A stretch of DNA of 62,824 nt, taken from assembly GCA_018303925.1 (NCBI GenBank), contig JAGVXF010000010.1, positions 1 to 62,824 of the forward strand, written 5' to 3'. Shown in pieces: positions 58,432 through 62,824 of this stretch. The DNA is from Candidatus Pacearchaeota archaeon. GTDB taxonomy: Archaea > Nanobdellota > Nanobdellia > Pacearchaeales > GW2011-AR1. Position 1 is the first letter of the stretch. Every line of letters starts with the position of its first letter. The translations under genes were made by a program, and so were the position numbers. The notes below the pieces were generated by a model. The model saw nothing but the letters and a program-made list of their open reading frames with translations. It did no database searches and was not told the DNA's origin.

Positions 58432-59520
58432 TTATGCCGCCATTACTGCTTTTGAATCCCATTTATAGGGGTTGTATCCGTTTATGCCGATAATTTCTAA
58501 GGGGGGCATATGAATTGCTTTCATTAAAGGAACATTTTTTTCAAACTTTAATGTTGGAATTTCTCTTGGTTCTTTTGATAACTGTTCTAAAATAAAAGGT
58601 ATGTGGTCTTTTCTTTCATTTCCTTCGGATTCTCTTGGTGCAGTTTTAAGATACCATTCTCTTAAATCGAGGTAGTCTTTTCTATTTCTTATTTTTATTT
58701 TATTAAATTTTTTCTGGAATTCTTTCAAATTATCTGAATCAATCCAGAAGTTTGCTCTTGGAGGGACACCAAGGTAAGAATGAGTGTTTATTGTGGTATA
58801 AATAAAATTTCTTGGCTCATATCCTGTTTCTTTTGCAACCATATGGAGTAAAAGAGAATCCTGAGATTGATTGAAAGGATTTCCTAAAAAAACATCATTA
58901 CTTCTCTGGACCATGTGCAAATCAATAAAATCTCCCCAAACACTAAATTGATGCCAAAAGGGGCAAGGACCAAGAGCCATTTCATTTAATCTTGAAACAT
59001 TCCATGCAGAAAGAACATGATATCTTGAGCCAGGTTTTTCTTTAATCTCCCTTAAAAGATTTTCAAGCTGGTCAATTCTATTTCCCTTGGAATCTTTGTC
59101 ATACCTCCAATTATATCCGTAGACAGGACCCAAATCACCAGCCTCTTTTGCAAATTTAAAATCCTCTTTTATTTTTTTTGAATAATTTTCAAATTCTCTA
59201 TTCCATTCTTTAGAATGCTTTGGAATTTTATCTTTTAATCCATTTGTTTCAAGGTATCTGTCAAAAGCATTTGCTGTCCAGATGTTTACGTTTCTGTCAA
59301 CTAAACTTTTTACATTTCTTTCTCCTCTGAGTTTCCAGAATAATTCTTCAAAAGGAAGCCTTCGTGGAACATTTTTTGTTGTAAGAAGAGGGAATCCTTT
59401 TCTTAAATCAAAAGTAGTAGACCATCCCGAAATTCCAAGAATATATTCTTTAGTCCTTGGTTCATAATTAACACCTCCCCTTCCAAGAATTTCTTTTAAA
59501 AGTGTGTGATACTCATCCAT
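58432..59520 (-). CDS. thyA: thymidylate synthase ThyA
   Basis: FDLRKGFPLLTTK, LGPVYG.NWR, MALGPC, QRSNDVFLG.PFN; likely start ATG 59520. Confidence 0.92.
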   Translation of the reverse strand: MDEYHTLLKEILGRGGVNYEPRTKEYILGISGWSTTFDLRKGFPLLTTKNVPRRLPFEELFWKLRGERNVKSLVDRNVNIWTANAFDRYLETNGLKDKIPKHSKEWNREFENYSKKIKEDFKFAKEAGDLGPVYGYNWRYDKDSKGNRIDQLENLLREIKEKPGSRYHVLSAWNVSRLNEMALGPCPFWHQFSVWGDFIDLHMVQRSNDVFLGNPFNQSQDSLLLHMVAKETGYEPRNFIYTTINTHSYLGVPPRANFWIDSDNLKEFQKKFNKIKIRNRKDYLDLREWYLKTAPRESEGNERKDHIPFILEQLSKEPREIPTLKFEKNVPLMKAIHMPPLEIIGINGYNPYKWDSKAVMAA

Positions 59521-59606
59521 TTTTTTATTAAGAGTTGCGTTATTTATATATGTTATTGACAATTTTAAACATAAAATTTTATAAATTAATTTTTCTTCTG
59601 GGTTTG

Positions 59607-59933
59607 ATGGTGAATAATGATGTGGTCCCTGAACTGACAAACGGAGAATTTGAGAAATTTGCAAAAGAAGGTCTTGCTTTTGTTGATTTTTTTGCAGACT
59701 GGTGTATGCCCTGCACAATGATGAGCCCAATAATTGATGATTTAAGCGAGGAATTCAGGGGGAAAATAAAGTTTGGAAAAATTAACGTTGATGAAAATCA
59801 AAAAATAGCCCAGAAGTTTGAAATAACTTCAATTCCAACTTTTGTCCTTATAAAAGGCTCAGAAATTCTTGAGAGGATTTCCGGAATAGTTACTCAGGAT
59901 GAACTTGAGGAAGTTTTGAAAAAACATTTGTAA
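59607..59933 (+). CDS. trxA: thioredoxin
   Basis: VDFFADWCMPC, KINVDEN, SIPT. Confidence 0.92.
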   Translation: MVNNDVVPELTNGEFEKFAKEGLAFVDFFADWCMPCTMMSPIIDDLSEEFRGKIKFGKINVDENQKIAQKFEITSIPTFVLIKGSEILERISGIVTQDELEEVLKKHL

Positions 59934-59990
59934 GTCTTAAACCTTCAAGAAACTTTTATAAACTAATTTCCTTAGTTAATCTTAAGCGAC

Positions 59991-60107
59991 GGCTCCGTAG
60001 CTCAGCCTGGTTAGAGCACCGGACTTTTAAGCGAAACAAGTTTTGCATACTTCGCAAAAATTCGCAAAGAGATCCGGGTGTCGAGGGTTCAAATCCCTTC
60101 GGGGCCA
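59991..60107 (+). tRNA. tRNA-Lys(TTT) with 42-nt intron (60030-60071)
   Basis: GGCTCCG/CGGGGCC acceptor, CCGGA-CTTTTA[intron]A-TCCGG anticodon arm, GTTCAAATC T loop. Confidence 0.9.
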
Positions 60108-60147
60108 TAACTTCAAATATATGGACACGCAAAATCTTGGATTTTCC

Positions 60148-60159
60148 TCGGGGCCATAA
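60148..60159 (+). repeat. 12-bp repeat of tRNA-Lys 3' end (att-like)
   Basis: TCGGGGCCATAA at 60099-60110 and 60148-60159. Confidence 0.6.
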
Positions 60160-60478
60160 AAGATTAATAAGGTTTGAACCACTTAGGGATTATGTTTTTT
60201 GTCTGCAAAAAATATTCAATGAAATCGGGAGCGTAGCGATTTGTTCACGAAGTCAAACATATTTACCTTTTATTGAAAGATTAACAACCCCGCAATCGTA
60301 AAAAAAGTTTAAATAGAGATAAAAATCCAAATTCTTCATTTTATGGTACATTGGTGCATTAAAGGTTGGTGAGATACCTGAAAATTAGCTGTTAAGTTAA
60401 CGACACCTAAAATACAGAAACTTATAGTTTGAATATCAATAATCCTAATAAATAGTAAAAACCTACTTTTGAATAGTA

Positions 60479-60910
60479 TTGAAAATGTTAGATAAAATGA
60501 GAGATTTTTACAAGGGGGACGAGATTACTAAAATAGATGTAATTAGAAAATTAAGGACTCCTATTATTAACCTTTTTGGAACATATCCTTTATATTATTC
60601 TTTTGGAATTATTGAAACTTACTTTGAAGGAAAATGGAAAGATATTGTAGTAGATATGCTATCTAAAGAGGGGGTTATTGAGATAAAACCAAATACAAGT
60701 CCAAAACAATATCGTCTTACTCCTAAGGGAGTAGATTTAGCTTTTTATTTTATTAATTGGAAAAATTCTGAAGAAACACAAATTTTGAATTTGAGAATGT
60801 ATAGATTAACAAGAGTTATGGTTACTTTAACAATAGGTTTATTTATCTTAGGAATAATCCCTTTAATCTTCAAACTCCCTTTGCTTGAAATAATCTCTTT
60901 TTTTAAATAA
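60479..60910 (+). CDS. hypothetical protein, wHTH-like segment with C-terminal TM
   Basis: LSKEGVIE...YRLTPKG then hydrophobic tail. Confidence 0.55.
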   Translation: MKMLDKMRDFYKGDEITKIDVIRKLRTPIINLFGTYPLYYSFGIIETYFEGKWKDIVVDMLSKEGVIEIKPNTSPKQYRLTPKGVDLAFYFINWKNSEETQILNLRMYRLTRVMVTLTIGLFILGIIPLIFKLPLLEIISFFK

Positions 60911-60970
60911 AACCATTCAGTAGAAAATGTTAAAAGTAGAATTTAAATAAGTGTTTTCTTTAAAATATTT

Positions 60971-62824
60971 ATGAATGAGATTCAAGTAAAGAGGGACTTG
61001 CAGGAATTAGTTAATGATTTTAAGTCAAGGCACTCTTATTATAAATCCCTATTAGAGTCAGATATAGAAACAAAATTGATTTATGATTTATTTGTAAAAA
61101 TACTTGGTTGGGATAAAAATGATTTTAAACAACAAGGAAAAGTTATGAGGGGTGAAAAGAGAGGGAGAGCTGATTATGGTTTTTATATAGGCGATAAATT
61201 AGTATTCTTTTTAGAGGTTAAAAGGGTGGGGATTCCATTAGATAAAGAAGCAGATAAACAAGTTATCTCTTATGCCTTATCTAAAAGAGTTCCATTTGCT
61301 ATATCTACAAATTTTGAACAAATGAAGATATTTTGTGTTGAAGAAGCAGACGAGGGAAAAAAGATATTTAGAGTTTTTTCTAAACCAGAAGATTATATTG
61401 AGAAATTTCAAGATTTACTTTTATTATCTAAGGAAAGTTTTGAGCAAGATAAATTATTAAAAGAGGCAATAAAAGAAGAAAGATTAAAGAAAAGGATGTC
61501 TATTGATAAGATACTTCTTGAAGACTTAATGCAAGTAAGGAAACTTATTGTAGATGATATAGAAAAAACCTACCCACAAAAATATGAAATTAATGATAGA
61601 GAGGAAATTGTGCAGAGAATAATTGATAGATTAATTTTCATAAGAAGATGTGAAGATGTTGGTATAAATCCTGAAAGTTTTTATTTAGAAGAAGTAAAAC
61701 ATCTCCCAGACAATAAAGCACATCCTAAACTTAAAGAAATATTTGAGAAATATAATCAAGTCTATAATAGTGGTTTATTTGCTATTGGTGTAGATAATGA
61801 TTGCGATAATATAAAAATAGATGGATTAATAATAAAAAAGTTAATTAGTTATCTTTATGAATCTAAAAATAAAGAATATATATATAATTTTGATTGGATA
61901 GATGCAGATGTTTTAGGACAAGTTTATGAACAATATTTAGGTAAAATTTTGTTACAAAGTAAGTCTGGAAAATCAAAGTTAACAGATAGTCAAGCACATA
62001 GAAAAGAACAAGGTATTTTTTATACACCAACTCCTGTAGTAGATTATGTTGTTAAGAATACTCTTGGAGAACTATTAAAAAATAAGAAAATAAAGCCAAA
62101 AGATATAAAGATTTTAGATTGTGCTTGTGGCTCTGGTTCATTTTTAATTAAAGCATTTGATTATTTATATAGGGAGTTATCAAATGGAAAAGAAGCAAGT
62201 CAAATGAAATTTGATGGGCAAGGAATATACTCTCTTAAAACAGAAATATTAAAGAATAATTTATTTGGAGTTGATTTGGATAATAAAGCAGTTGAAATTA
62301 CTAAACTTAATCTTCTATTAAAAGCATCTGAAAAAAACAGAAGATTACCTGAAGAAGTTGATTTACATATAAGACACGGAAATAGTTTAGTAGATAGCGA
62401 TAAAATAGCACCTAAAGATTATTTTAAATGGGAGAGAGATTTTCAAGAAGGGAGTTTTGATATTGTAATGGGAAATCCACCTTGGGGAGCAGATATTTTA
62501 CAAGATGTAGATTATTTTGTTTCAAGATATGGGGTTTCAAAGAAAAATCTTAATTCTTTTGATTTATTTGTAAGAAAGGCAATATCCTTATTAAAGGAGG
62601 GTGGATTTTTTGGTTTTGTAATTCCAAAGAATTCAATAAAATCAAATGATTATACTAATTTAAGAAAATATATTTTAGAGAATACTTTAATAAAAAAATT
62701 AACTCTATTTGGAATTTTTGAGGGAGTTACACAAGAATTTATAGTATTAATATTTGTAAAGAATAACGATAAATTAGATATAAAAAATAAAAATAAGATT
62801 GTATTGAACAATAAAGATATAATA
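60971..62824 (+). CDS. Type IIG-like restriction-modification fusion enzyme (partial, runs off right edge; absent from ORF track)
   Basis: Open frame from ATG 60971: ADYGF...FLEVK nuclease, GIFYTP, ILDCACGSGSFL, VMGNPPWG N6-MTase motifs. Confidence 0.88.
   Translation, partial: MNEIQVKRDLQELVNDFKSRHSYYKSLLESDIETKLIYDLFVKILGWDKNDFKQQGKVMRGEKRGRADYGFYIGDKLVFFLEVKRVGIPLDKEADKQVISYALSKRVPFAISTNFEQMKIFCVEEADEGKKIFRVFSKPEDYIEKFQDLLLLSKESFEQDKLLKEAIKEERLKKRMSIDKILLEDLMQVRKLIVDDIEKTYPQKYEINDREEIVQRIIDRLIFIRRCEDVGINPESFYLEEVKHLPDNKAHPKLKEIFEKYNQVYNSGLFAIGVDNDCDNIKIDGLIIKKLISYLYESKNKEYIYNFDWIDADVLGQVYEQYLGKILLQSKSGKSKLTDSQAHRKEQGIFYTPTPVVDYVVKNTLGELLKNKKIKPKDIKILDCACGSGSFLIKAFDYLYRELSNGKEASQMKFDGQGIYSLKTEILKNNLFGVDLDNKAVEITKLNLLLKASEKNRRLPEEVDLHIRHGNSLVDSDKIAPKDYFKWERDFQEGSFDIVMGNPPWGADILQDVDYFVSRYGVSKKNLNSFDLFVRKAISLLKEGGFFGFVIPKNSIKSNDYTNLRKYILENTLIKKLTLFGIFEGVTQEFIVLIFVKNNDKLDIKNKNKIVLNNKDII

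Noticed and set aside
59521..59730. N-terminal extension of ThyA in the ORF track
   Set aside because: Overlaps the divergent thioredoxin gene and shared promoter; homology starts at MDEYH (59520)
1..62824. Complete DGR (RT, template repeat, Avd) in the window
   Set aside because: No reverse transcriptase motifs and no second copy of the 6389-6478 region found by eye

Overview
AT-rich archaeal chromosomal window, most likely from a DPANN archaeon of the Pacearchaeota/Woesearchaeota type. That placement is inferred from aIF2-gamma, aIF5B, S6e, L35Ae, L10e, a short archaeal GluRS, class III signal peptides and a tRNA-Lys intron. It holds housekeeping genes, three tRNAs and a dNTP-synthesis cluster (nrdR, nrdJ, cobO, dCMP deaminase, kinases, thyA, thioredoxin). 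Two features stand out. (1) A ~9.5 kb integron-like gene-cassette array (44894-54397) splits the dNTP cluster. It has covarying attC-like bulged hairpins (AACATC...ATT / AAT...TGTT), complementary cassette ends, cassette-specific inverted repeats around the cargo, strand-biased GNA mini-hairpins and an attI-like site. The adjacent tyrosine recombinase is Xer-like and lacks the IntI-specific insertion. (2) A probable remote diversity-generating retroelement (DGR) target gene (5761-6517) has a variable-region-like 3' end and a GAA-loop hairpin, but no RT or template repeat lies in the window. Also present are an IS200 right end, tRNA att-like scars, a structured RNA-like leader before a NYN nuclease, and a Type IIG restriction-modification gene running off the right edge. 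All calls come from reading the sequence by eye; no searches were run.
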